Source of the DNA: Elusimicrobiota bacterium
Lineage (GTDB): Bacteria; Elusimicrobiota; Elusimicrobia; UBA1565; UBA9628
Assembly: GCA_030696455.1 (NCBI GenBank)
Contig: JAUYSH010000023.1
Coordinates: forward strand, 3,492-67,491
Direction: 5' to 3'
Length of the DNA stretch: 64,000 bases
Shown: one piece after another, positions 27,101 through 34,130 of the stretch
Layout of the letters: every line of letters starts with the position of its first letter
Numbering within the stretch: the stretch's first letter is position 1
Notes under the pieces: generated by a model
What the model was told of the DNA's origin: nothing
What the model saw: only the letters and a program-made list of their open reading frames with translations
The model's database searches: none
Made by a program: the position numbers and the translations under genes

Positions 27101-27449
27101 CGACGGGGTAGCCCGCGTCGGTGAGGGCCATCTTCGCGGCGACGAGGGCGAACAGCTGCGCGGGGTCCGTGGCTTCGAGCGTGTTCGGAGAGAGGCCGAA
27201 CTCCGAGGGGTCGAAGTCGTAGGCGTCGAGGAAGCCGCCCTTGTACGCGTACACCTTGTCCTGCTTCTTCGCGTCGGCGTCGAAATAGTCTTCCTTGCTC
27301 CAGTGCGTCGCCGGGACGTCCTGGATCGCGTCCACCTTGTTCTTGATGTTCGCCCAGTACTGGCGCAAGGTCTTCGCCTTGGGGAACACGCCTCCGAGGC
27401 CGACCACGGCCAACGGGATGAACTCGGGGGACTTGTCGGTTTTTTTCAT
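21111..27449 (-). CDS. pfaA: PUFA-synthase subunit PfaA (KS-MAT-ACPx3-KR-DH)
   Basis: 2112 aa. KS (VDAACGSSLSAMH), MAT (GHSYGE), three ACPs (DLGIDSIKRVEILS x3), KR (VTGGARGVTAE), and a PKS-type DH (SHVLNGRAVLP). Confidence 0.92.
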   Translation of the reverse strand: MKKTDKSPEFIPLAVVGLGGVFPKAKTLRQYWANIKNKVDAIQDVPATHWSKEDYFDADAKKQDKVYAYKGGFLDAYDFDPSEFGLSPNTLEATDPAQLFALVAAKMALTDAGYPVDQDTWERGRVSCILGVTGALEIVIPLGARLSLPAWRKAILAAGVPPTQAEDALARMSDEFVPWQEASFPGLLGNVIAGRVANRFNLGGTNCVVDAACGSSLSAMHMAALELQAGRAKMVVTGGVDTFNDVFMYTCFTKTPALSKSGHAKPFDASADGTTLGEGVGMAVLKRLDDAVKDGDRIHAILRGLGTSSDGRGKSIYAPSAGGQTRAIEEAYRLSGLSPDTVELVEAHGTGTAVGDGIEVEAISGVFQKGSKRQGAWCALGSVKSMVGHTKAAAGSAAFIKVAMALRHKVLPPTIKVNEPLPILASGQTPFYLSLEKRPWMASMDHPRRAACSALGFGGTNFHAILEEGNSAKTETDWDAEHELFAVSGDVQGGLSMLTAAETWDEVRKACHSSRMSFDSSASSRLVIALERSADWKALAGKAGSLKSSPIDGIYYGTGKPGKLGVLFPGQGAQYAGMSRDLVCAFPEAFGALTEADAAFEGGKLSSLMFPQPAWKPEQKEAQEKNLRDTSVAQPALGAAALAAWGVLSRFGVKADAAAGHSYGELVALHVAGRYDAKTLHALSGLRGRLMKGDGSDKGSMLAVIASFDEVEKAVKEEKLDLVIANRNAPTQNVLSGATSEIDKAEKALAARGHKVVRLPVAAAFHSKLVAPALKPFATALDPLPFSKPSMPVYSNTTGAVYPEPAPKAREVLSQQLAHPVEFVKSIEAMRRDGITTFVECGAGNRLTGLVAQILKGQEFVAIATDASNGKKNGMGDLARTLAQLAALGHSIELSDWQGGEKGLSDCRPKPKMSVVLTGAVYRSTPRKNFPAPATTLDAMKPSEDASVPGAKHPGLAAGGGEAGLLGQALSAAQASIDALTRLQEQTAALHLQFLQGQDSAQRSVQALVEQQQALYARMSGGASTFAPVTIPQPVAVSVTPKADIVSVLVAVVSEKTGYPAETINPDMDLEGDLGIDSIKRVEILSAVSEKLPGAPKVKPEHLGTLRTLKQISIYLSEGIAASAPASMPAAVASVHGNSPSTEILPVLLSVVSEKTGYPADTINPDMDLEGDLGIDSIKRVEILSAVSEKLPGAPKVKPEHLGTLRTLKQISIYLSEGIAASAPASMPAAVASVPGNAPSTEILPVLLSVVAEKTGYPADTIDPDMDLEGDLGIDSIKRVEILSAVSEKLPGAPKVKPEHLGTLRTLNQIAVYLSEGTAVSAPAPVPAAAVDFAVPSAKPSEGPCIISRLVPELTPAGPRDAYPLHKSLTIAVTKDSGLDAALVRELLAKGHKAELVSVDDAASLPAELGALIVVAPVRPAAKGSPWTSDSESYLKKSFSLVQAAGRSFESRGVRGLIMTVTRLDGALGLEGGMDQDPAFGGLAGLMKTAAREWKSVCRAVDVSPALPLDAAAKLLAKELSFDGPVEAALSEAGLRAVALVERPASPSGREPLKAGDAVIVTGGARGVTAECALALAKAFKPRLVLVGRSPLPGTEPAEYASAANESALRSLIAKSSSGLSPKEIGARAKDVLAAREIRSTLSRLTAAGAEARYRAVDARDAAAVKALVAETVEDFGPVRGIVHGAGVLADKSILEKTPSMLDAVLDTKLSSLRHLLDAVVPCELRVLALFSSSTARYGRVGQSDYAIANEALNKAAHVLAARLPKCRVASLGWGPWDGGMVDADLKKLFAAEGVGVIGLAAGGEHLIAELRGSGPAETVVLAALPGTKAALPVSFERDVTLEAYPFLASHVLNGRAVLPLAVSAEWLAHAALHSNPGLAFVGFDDLRVAKGIVVKPAFATTVKAHAGSAEKRDGLFVVPAELRGEGGALHISAKVLLAAKRPSAPAAALKVAGPAYGRSIEQAYGEVLFHGADMRFILAVPHCGPEGIVVESKTALPPASWTRAPIRDRWLSDPAALDAAFQAMILWTDARMGAPSLPSFAARYRQYAESFPANGVRVVVKAVKLADGLAGADIEFVDERGALVARLEGFECASDASLAAAFRRNGVETAA
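23501..24335 (-). repeat. Three tandem 297-bp near-identical repeats encoding the PfaA ACP domains
   Basis: cttcggacag recurs at 23501, 23798 and 24095. acggagagaagaaccggcaagatctcggtcgacggag recurs at 23701 and 23998. The period is 297 nt (99 aa). Confidence 0.9.
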
Positions 27450-27456
27450 GATCTCT

Positions 27457-28983
27457 CTAGTCGAGGTTTCGCTCGAGCTCGACGGCTTGCAGCGGCTCGA
27501 TGCGCGTGATATCGGGAGTCAAAGCCAATCCCTGGCAGCGGAGAAAGTGCGCGCGGGTCAGCACGGCCGCGCCGTACAGGATGTTGCGGGCGACGAGCGC
27601 GACGGTGCGGTTTTCGGGGGCCGCCAGGAAGGTGCCCGCGGTCCATTCGTTGAAGGCGCCCATCGCCGGGCCGCACCAGACCTGGTAGTCGAGCACGCGG
27701 TCGGGGACGCCCGCGTTGGCCCAGCGGGAAGCCTGGCCGAGGTATGAACGAAAAACCAAAGCGAGCTTGTGCTTGGGCTCGCTCTCGGCGCGAACGACTT
27801 GGGAGGGATCTCGTTTGAGAAAGAATTCCCGGGTCGACGCCCAAACGGCGTCGAGGTTCTCTTTGAACAGATCCTTTTCGATCGAGGCCCTCACGGCGGC
27901 CGGGATCGCCTCCATCGAATCGCTCGACTTCCAGATCTCGTACAGCTTCATGCCTCTTTGCGCGAACATCGTGCCGCGCTTGAGCACCTGAACCTTCACG
28001 CCCAGCTCGAACATGTCGGCGGCGGGAGCCATGATGCAGTCGGCCTGGCCGGCGGCGGCGAGCATCGAGCGGACCTTGTCGCTCGAGCCGGACTCGACGC
28101 AGGCCTGGTTGACCGAGCCGGTCATGACGTAGGCCGCGCCCATCATGTAGGCGGCGGCCGCCGCGTCCGGGGTGGCGATGCCGCCGGCCGCGCCGACGCG
28201 CGCCGCGTCGCGGAACTTGTGCTGGGCCTGCAGGCGGTCGCGCAGGGCGATCATCGCGGGGAACATCGCGATCAGCGGCCGGTTGTCGGTGTGGCCCCCG
28301 CTGTCGGCCTCCACGGTGAGGTCCTGGGCCATCGGGATCTCGGCGGCCAGCGAAACCTGCTCGCTCGTGAGGAGGCCCGAGGCGGCCATCTCGCGCAGGA
28401 GCGTCTCCCCCGCCGGAGCGAGGAACTTCGCGGCGACCTCGACGCGGGAGACCTTCGCGACGACCTTGTTCGGGGCGCTCACGCGCCCGTCGGCGCCGCG
28501 CGCGATCCCGTGGAGGCGGTAGCGCACGATCGCGGGGGTGAGGCCCATGAACGCCGAGGCCTCGACGAGGCGCACGCCGCGGCGAAGGTAGAGATCGCAG
28601 ACGGCGTTTTCGAGGTCGGTCTCGCTCGGGCTATGGATGAGGTTGAAGCCGCGCGGCCGCGCCCCGAGGGACTTCTCGAGACGGTCGATGGCGGCCTCGA
28701 CGCGGGCCGGGGGCAGGCCCGCGGCGCCGAAGAAGGACAGGAGGCCGGCCTTCGCGCCCGCCTCGACGAGGGCCTCGGACGCGATGCCGTTGGCCATCGC
28801 CCCGGTGGCGTAGGCGTAGCGCACGCCATGCTCGCGCAGGAACGCCGGGTCGCCCAGGCTCTCGGGCAGAAGGGCGGGAGCCGTCGCTTTCCCATCCGTC
28901 ACGGGCGACCGGAGGTCGCGCAGGCGCGCGCGGAGGCCCGCGGTGTCGGAGGGCGCCTGATTCGTTTCGAGGGAGGGGGTCAA
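27457..28983 (-). CDS. pfaD: PfaD-type enoyl reductase (FMN TIM-barrel, nitronate monooxygenase-like)
   Basis: 508 aa with PfaD-like blocks GVRYAYATGAMANGIAS and GGHTDNRP. It lies 7 nt upstream of pfaA. The only in-frame start is TTG at 28983. Confidence 0.85.
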   Translation of the reverse strand: MTPSLETNQAPSDTAGLRARLRDLRSPVTDGKATAPALLPESLGDPAFLREHGVRYAYATGAMANGIASEALVEAGAKAGLLSFFGAAGLPPARVEAAIDRLEKSLGARPRGFNLIHSPSETDLENAVCDLYLRRGVRLVEASAFMGLTPAIVRYRLHGIARGADGRVSAPNKVVAKVSRVEVAAKFLAPAGETLLREMAASGLLTSEQVSLAAEIPMAQDLTVEADSGGHTDNRPLIAMFPAMIALRDRLQAQHKFRDAARVGAAGGIATPDAAAAAYMMGAAYVMTGSVNQACVESGSSDKVRSMLAAAGQADCIMAPAADMFELGVKVQVLKRGTMFAQRGMKLYEIWKSSDSMEAIPAAVRASIEKDLFKENLDAVWASTREFFLKRDPSQVVRAESEPKHKLALVFRSYLGQASRWANAGVPDRVLDYQVWCGPAMGAFNEWTAGTFLAAPENRTVALVARNILYGAAVLTRAHFLRCQGLALTPDITRIEPLQAVELERNLD

Positions 28984-29014
28984 GTTCGAACGCGCGTGAC
29001 GGAGAATGAGCCTG

Positions 29015-29020
29015 GATTAT
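29015..29020 (-). promoter_or_regulatory. Candidate -10 box (TATAAT) upstream of pfaD
   Basis: A perfect TATAAT on the minus strand, 32 nt before the pfaD TTG start and just after the DUF368 stop. The -35 at 17-nt spacing (agtaga) is poor. Confidence 0.25.
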
Positions 29021-29039
29021 ACCGTTTTTGGTCCGGGAT

Positions 29040-29957
29040 CTACTGCGATTCTCGCGGTCTGCGGCCGAGCTTTTCGATGCCGATCACGAGCAGAACTCCG
29101 GCGACGGCCAGCGCCAGCGCCCACAGCGCGGTCGCGTCGAGGGCGTCGGGCACGAAGTTGAGCTGGATGCGGCGCTTGGCCTCGAGAAGCTCCTGCCCGG
29201 CCGCGTCCATCTTGAACGGCCAGATCTTGCGAAGGGAGCCGGCCATCAGGCCGCAGAGAAAGGCCATGGTGGCCCCCTCCCAGCGCGCGAGCAAAGCGCG
29301 CAGCAGCTTCGTGAAGGCGATGAGGCCTATCGCGCAGCCGGCGCAGAACACCGCGATCACGACGAAGTCGCGCTGGTGGAGCGCCTCCAGGACGAGCCGG
29401 TACTTGCCGAGGAGCACGAGCACGAACGCCCCGCTGATCCCCGGCAGGATCATCGCGGAGATCGCTATCATGGCCGAGGCGAACAGGGCGAGCAGGCCGC
29501 CCCCCGTCTCCCCGGGCAGCAGGCCGCATATCCAATAGGCCAGCGCCGCGCCCGCGCCCGCGGCCAGGACCCGCGAGGCGTTCCAACGGCCCACCAGGCC
29601 GATCACGAGCACGGTCGAGCCGAGGATGAGCCCGAAGAACAGGCTCCAGGTCGTCACGGGCTTGTTGAGGATCAGCCAGGTCACGGCCTTGGCCAAGGTG
29701 AGGATCGCGAGTGCGATGCCCGAGCCCAGCGCGGCGAGGAAGCGCAGGTCGACGCGGCGCGCGGCGCCCGCGAAGTCCCGCCTCACGGCCAGGCGCAGCA
29801 GCTCGCCGTCGAAGGCGCCCAGAGCGAGAATGAGGCGCGGATATATCCCGACGATCAGCGCGATCGTCCCGCCGGAGATGCCGGGTACGACGTCGGCCGC
29901 GCCCATCAGCACGCCTCGCGCGAAGATCCCGAGGTCCTCGCGGGTGATTCGGAGCAT
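29040..29957 (-). CDS. DUF368-family integral membrane protein
   Basis: 305 aa, polytopic. It has the duplicated signature VVPGISGGTIALIVGIY and ILPGISGAFVLVLLGKY. Confidence 0.8.
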   Translation of the reverse strand: MLRITREDLGIFARGVLMGAADVVPGISGGTIALIVGIYPRLILALGAFDGELLRLAVRRDFAGAARRVDLRFLAALGSGIALAILTLAKAVTWLILNKPVTTWSLFFGLILGSTVLVIGLVGRWNASRVLAAGAGAALAYWICGLLPGETGGGLLALFASAMIAISAMILPGISGAFVLVLLGKYRLVLEALHQRDFVVIAVFCAGCAIGLIAFTKLLRALLARWEGATMAFLCGLMAGSLRKIWPFKMDAAGQELLEAKRRIQLNFVPDALDATALWALALAVAGVLLVIGIEKLGRRPRESQ

Positions 29958-29993
29958 GACCTGGATGATACCAAACCGGAACGGCCCGCGCCG

Positions 29994-30329
29994 CTACAAG
30001 CCCAGGTGAATCCGCAAGGTCGCGTCCACGTCGGCCATCGCGCCGACGGGCAGGACGCCCATCTTCTCGCGCAGCCGGCTCTTATCCACGGCGCGCAGCT
30101 GATGGACTTTCACGCGCGCCGCACGGCCGTCCCCGAGAATACCCTCGGGGACGGCCGCTTCGTATGTCAACAGACGGCCTCCTGCCGACGACAGAGGCGA
30201 CACGGTCACGGTCGCCATGTGGGCGTTGTGCTCATCGTCGGAGACGATCACAGCGGGCCGCACCTTGCGGATTTCCGCTCCGAGCGAACCGCGGAAATCC
30301 GTCCAATAGACTTCGCCGCGATGAATCAC
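29994..30329 (-). CDS. mazF: MazF/PemK-family type II toxin (endoribonuclease)
   Basis: 111 aa. GEVYWTDF..GAEIRKVRPAVIVS is the typical PemK N-terminus. 4-nt overlap with the upstream small gene. Confidence 0.8.
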   Translation of the reverse strand: MIHRGEVYWTDFRGSLGAEIRKVRPAVIVSDDEHNAHMATVTVSPLSSAGGRLLTYEAAVPEGILGDGRAARVKVHQLRAVDKSRLREKMGVLPVGAMADVDATLRIHLGL

Positions 30330-30535
30330 CAGTCGGCCGTCGCGTCCTTCTCGTCAAGCTTCAACCGCGCCGCCTCCTTGTAATCATCGATCAAACGCCG
30401 ACGAAAGTCGTCCCTTTCGAGCTTGCTGAAGCGTTCGACCAAGGCGAGGGCGATGAACTCGCTCTTGTTGGGCACCTTCGCGAGCTTCTTGACGACCGTC
30501 CGGGGCAAGGTGATGTTCATGCGTTGGTATTTCAC
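30326..30535 (-). CDS. Ribbon-helix-helix type antitoxin (MazE/CopG-like)
   Basis: 69 aa. MNITLPRTVVKKL is typical of an RHH beta-strand. It overlaps the toxin start. Confidence 0.65.
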   Translation of the reverse strand: MKYQRMNITLPRTVVKKLAKVPNKSEFIALALVERFSKLERDDFRRRLIDDYKEAARLKLDEKDATADW

Positions 30536-30574
30536 ACCGTCAGTATAGTGTGTATTCCAATGCGCATCAAGGAC

Positions 30575-30898
30575 CTAGACCCCGGCCGGGGCCCCTCCGC
30601 CCGGCACGGCCTGATGGTACTTCTCCAGGATCAGGCCGATCGCGGCGGTGCGCGCCTCGGCGGTGATCGGATGCGCCAGGTCGAACCAGCGGTCGGCCGT
30701 GGCCCCTTTTCCCTTTTCGGCCGGGAACACGACGAACGGCTCGTCGTTGCCCGGCTCGGCCTTCTTGAGCACGCGGATGCCCTTGATCACGAAGGCGTCG
30801 GCGATCATCAGCTCCGCGAACGCCATCAGCTTGGTGGGACGGTCCGACGGGTCCTGGTACGGCCGCACGCGCGCGTCCAGCTTCGGCAGGTTTTCCAT
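30575..30898 (-). CDS. spoVG: SpoVG-family protein
   Basis: 107 aa. AFAELMIADAFVIKGIRVL and FVVFPAEKGKG..RWFDLAHPITAEARTAAIGLILEKY parallel B. subtilis SpoVG blocks. Confidence 0.75.
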   Translation of the reverse strand: MENLPKLDARVRPYQDPSDRPTKLMAFAELMIADAFVIKGIRVLKKAEPGNDEPFVVFPAEKGKGATADRWFDLAHPITAEARTAAIGLILEKYHQAVPGGGAPAGV

Positions 30899-30971
30899 TT
30901 TTTCTTCCCCCTTTCGTCCGCCGGTCCCGGCGGCCCTACTACCATACGATCGAGGGGTCGAAAAAGTTGCA

Positions 30972-31415
30972 TCATGGGGGCGTGAATTCGTTGAACCGCA
31001 GCCAGTAATTCTTCAGGGCGGCGACGAAGTCGGTGAGCTCCTGCGCCGCCGACGGCTTGATGACGAAGGAGCTGGCTCCGTGCGTGTAGGCCTCGGCGAC
31101 CTCCTCGGGCCAGGTGGACGCGGTCAGGATGATCACCGGCAAAGTCCGGAGGTTGTCCTGCGCCCGCAGCCAGGCCAAAGTCTCCAGGCCCGACATGCCG
31201 GGGAGCTTGATGTCGAGCAGCACCAAGGCGGGCAGCGGATACGCGTCCCGGTCCGCGTAAGGTCCGGCGCCGCGGAGATACTCGCAGGCCTGCTCGCCGT
31301 TCTCGACGATCGTCAGGGGGTTCGAGATCCCGGCCGCCTTCCAAGCCTCGCGGAGAAGGAACTGGTCGTCGTCGTTGTCCTCGACGGCGAGAATGGGGCG
31401 TTTCTCATGCGCCAT
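30972..31415 (-). CDS. Single-domain response regulator (CheY-like receiver)
   Basis: 147 aa. ILAVEDNDDD, phospho-acceptor LVLLDIKLPGMSG, and ILTAS. It overlaps the kinase stop by 11 nt. Confidence 0.85.
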   Translation of the reverse strand: MAHEKRPILAVEDNDDDQFLLREAWKAAGISNPLTIVENGEQACEYLRGAGPYADRDAYPLPALVLLDIKLPGMSGLETLAWLRAQDNLRTLPVIILTASTWPEEVAEAYTHGASSFVIKPSAAQELTDFVAALKNYWLRFNEFTPP

Positions 31416-33717
31416 GGCCCGTCTCCGAAAGCTCGATGATGAAGCGGGTGCCCCTGCAGGGCTCGGATTCCACGCGGATCGTCCCGCCCAGCCTCTCGAC
31501 GGCGCGCTTGACGATCGCCAGGCCGATGCCGGACCCCGGGGTCGCGCGCGTTCCCGGCAGGCGCTGAAACGGCTGAAAAATCCGCTCCCAATGGACGCGG
31601 GGAATGCCGGGCCCGTTGTCCTCCACGATCAGACGCAGCGTTCCGGGCGCCGCCGTTTCGGTCCGGACCTCGATCGCGGGCGCGCGCCCGGCCGGGACGA
31701 ACTTGACCGCGTTGACGAGCAGGTTCGACACGATCTGGAGCATCAGCGACTCCTGCCCCATGACGGCGCCGAGCGGACGCTTCACCTCCAAACGCACGGC
31801 CTTCAGGTCCGGATAGAGGTTCAGGACGTGCTCGACGATCTTGTCGAGGTCGACCGGCGAGAGCGTGATTTCGGCGCGCGCGATCGCGCTGTAGGACAGG
31901 ACGTCGCGGATCAGCCGGTCGAGGCGGACGGTGGCGGCGCTGATCCGCTCGAGCATGCCGAGGCTCTCCGGGTCCGCCTTCCCCTTCAGCCGCTCCTGGG
32001 CGAAGTGGGCGTAGCCCTGGATGGCGCGCAGCGGGGAGCGCAGATCGTGGGAGGCGGTGTAGGCGAAGCCTTCCAGCTCCTCGGCGGTGCGGCGCAGCCT
32101 CGCGGCCGTGCCTTTCAGGGCCGCCTCAGCCGATTTGATCTCGGTCAGGTCCCGGATGACCTTCGCGTAGCCCACCAGCTTCCCATCGCGGCCGGTCACG
32201 GGCGAGATGACGATGTTGGCCATGAAACGGGTGCCGTCCTTACGGACGCGCCACTCCTCGACCTGGAGCGAGCCCCGCTCGACGGCGGACTTCAGATCGG
32301 TCCGGTCTTTCCCGGCGGCGAGGTCCTCGGGCGGATAGAACGCCGTGAAGCTTCGCCCGAGGATCTCACCGGCGCCGTAGCCGAGGATCCGCTCCGCCCC
32401 CTCGTTCCAGACCGTGACCTTGCCGTCCGCGTCGTGCATGAAGATCGCGTAGTCCTTGACGTTCTGGACGAGGAGGCGGAAGCGCTCCTCGCTGTCGAGA
32501 AGCCTCTGCTCGGAGGCCATGCGCTCGGTCACGTCGATGACCGAGGCCACGACGAAGGTCTTGTCCTCCAGGGTCACGCGGGTCAAGCCGATGTCCGCCG
32601 GGAACTCGCTTCCGTTCATGCGCACGGCCTGGACGACGCGCCCCGCGCCCATGTCCCGTTTTCCGGCGCCGCCGTGGAAGAAGCCCTCGCGCCGCGCCGG
32701 ATGGGCCGCCCGGAAGCGCTCGGGAACCAGAACCTCGACGAGACGGCCGGCGAGCTCGCCGGAGGGATAGCCGAACAGCTTGTCGGCCTCGGCGTTGACC
32801 AAGACGACGCGGCCCTCGCCGTCGACGAGCACCATGGCGCTGGCCGCCGACTCGAGCGCCATGCGGAACTCGTCGCGCCGCCGCTCTTCGCCCAGCTTGC
32901 GCAGCGCCTCCTCCGAGCGCTTTCGCTCGCTGATGTCCCGCACGAACGCGTGCCAGCGTCCGTCGCGAAGGGTCTTCGCGCTCACCTCGACGGGCACGAG
33001 GGAGCCGTCGCCGCGTTTGAGCTCCCATTCCCCCGTATGAGCGCCGCCGGTCTCCTGCAGGCAGCGCCGGGACTCGTCGAGCTTCCCCAGCTGCTCGGCG
33101 GGGAGCAGGTCCATGATCGTCTTGCCGAGGAGCTCCTCGCGCGAGCGCCCGAGCATGCGGCAGCCCGCCGCGTTGACGTCGGTGTAGCGGCCGGCGAGGT
33201 CGGCGACGAATATCCCCTCCGAGGCCTGCTCGAAGAGCTCGCTGAGCTCCGCGGTCGCGGCCTCCCATCCCCGGGTGAGCCTGCGCAGGCGGTCATGCAT
33301 GAAAGTGAATATCACCCCCATCGAAATGAAGATCACGGTCGGTATCAGAATCTGATAATCCAGCGGCCAGAGGCCGCGTTCGCGCGGCGTGAAGAAGTAC
33401 CAGCCCATGGCCGCGGCCTCGAAGGTGGCCAGCAGCCCGACCGCGGTTCCTCCGAGCCAGGAACCGAAGAAAGCGGCCGGGTAAAACAAGGCCCAGGTAT
33501 AACCGGGCCAGAACGCCGCCTGAAGGAGGGCGGCCAGGGGCGGGAGCAGCAAGGCGGCGACGAAGCGCGGGCCCGACGAGAGGAGGCGGTCCTCCGACGC
33601 CGGGACCGGAGCCGACGGGGCGCGGCCGAAGCGGCGCGGGGCGCGCCGCCGCCCGCGCGCGCGCTGGAATATCCGGCGCGCGAACGTCGCCTGCTTCGCG
33701 TCAGGCTTTGCGTCCAT
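31405..33717 (-). CDS. Membrane-anchored multi-PAS sensor histidine kinase
   Basis: 770 aa. N-terminal hydrophobic region, about three PAS-like repeats, HisKA H-box ASHDLRSPL, and HATPase GSGIGLAIVKR. Confidence 0.85.
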   Translation of the reverse strand: MDAKPDAKQATFARRIFQRARGRRRAPRRFGRAPSAPVPASEDRLLSSGPRFVAALLLPPLAALLQAAFWPGYTWALFYPAAFFGSWLGGTAVGLLATFEAAAMGWYFFTPRERGLWPLDYQILIPTVIFISMGVIFTFMHDRLRRLTRGWEAATAELSELFEQASEGIFVADLAGRYTDVNAAGCRMLGRSREELLGKTIMDLLPAEQLGKLDESRRCLQETGGAHTGEWELKRGDGSLVPVEVSAKTLRDGRWHAFVRDISERKRSEEALRKLGEERRRDEFRMALESAASAMVLVDGEGRVVLVNAEADKLFGYPSGELAGRLVEVLVPERFRAAHPARREGFFHGGAGKRDMGAGRVVQAVRMNGSEFPADIGLTRVTLEDKTFVVASVIDVTERMASEQRLLDSEERFRLLVQNVKDYAIFMHDADGKVTVWNEGAERILGYGAGEILGRSFTAFYPPEDLAAGKDRTDLKSAVERGSLQVEEWRVRKDGTRFMANIVISPVTGRDGKLVGYAKVIRDLTEIKSAEAALKGTAARLRRTAEELEGFAYTASHDLRSPLRAIQGYAHFAQERLKGKADPESLGMLERISAATVRLDRLIRDVLSYSAIARAEITLSPVDLDKIVEHVLNLYPDLKAVRLEVKRPLGAVMGQESLMLQIVSNLLVNAVKFVPAGRAPAIEVRTETAAPGTLRLIVEDNGPGIPRVHWERIFQPFQRLPGTRATPGSGIGLAIVKRAVERLGGTIRVESEPCRGTRFIIELSETGHGA

Positions 33718-33779
33718 GGCCGATTCTAGGACAAGCGAGGCCCCGCGGCCATAGAGCCCGCGTCATGACCTTATGACCG

Positions 33780-34130
33780 TTACGCGGCGAGGGCGCGCAG
33801 GACGTCGTTGTCGACGAGTGCGGCGCCTTCCTCGGCGTCTTTCAGGACCCCGCGGCGGCGCAGGATCTTGACCGCCGCGCGGGCCCGGTCGGGCGGCAGG
33901 TGCGCCGCGGGGATGAAGGAGTCGGCACCCCCCCACAGCGCCGCCAATTCCGGCACGACCAGCGCGCCCTCGCCGCTGAAGCCCGCGTAGGCCAGCAGAT
34001 GCAGCAGGACCGCGACCTCGTCGGGGGTGAGCGCCGCGGCGCGGTCGATGAGGCGTCCGAGCTCGGCGACCAGCGCCGCGCGCAGCTCCGGCGTCAGCCG
34101 GGAAAGGTCGCGGCGGCGCTCATCAGCCAT
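33780..34130 (-). CDS. Hypothetical protein (116 aa) coupled to the helicase gene
   Basis: The ATG overlaps the helicase stop by 8 nt. No recognisable motif. It could be a spurious high-GC ORF. Confidence 0.4.
   Translation of the reverse strand: MADERRRDLSRLTPELRAALVAELGRLIDRAAALTPDEVAVLLHLLAYAGFSGEGALVVPELAALWGGADSFIPAAHLPPDRARAAVKILRRRGVLKDAEEGAALVDNDVLRALAA

Noticed and set aside
31375-33729. 784-aa plus-strand ORF
   Set aside because: It is an antisense shadow of the PAS histidine kinase, whose H-box and HATPase motifs are on the minus strand.
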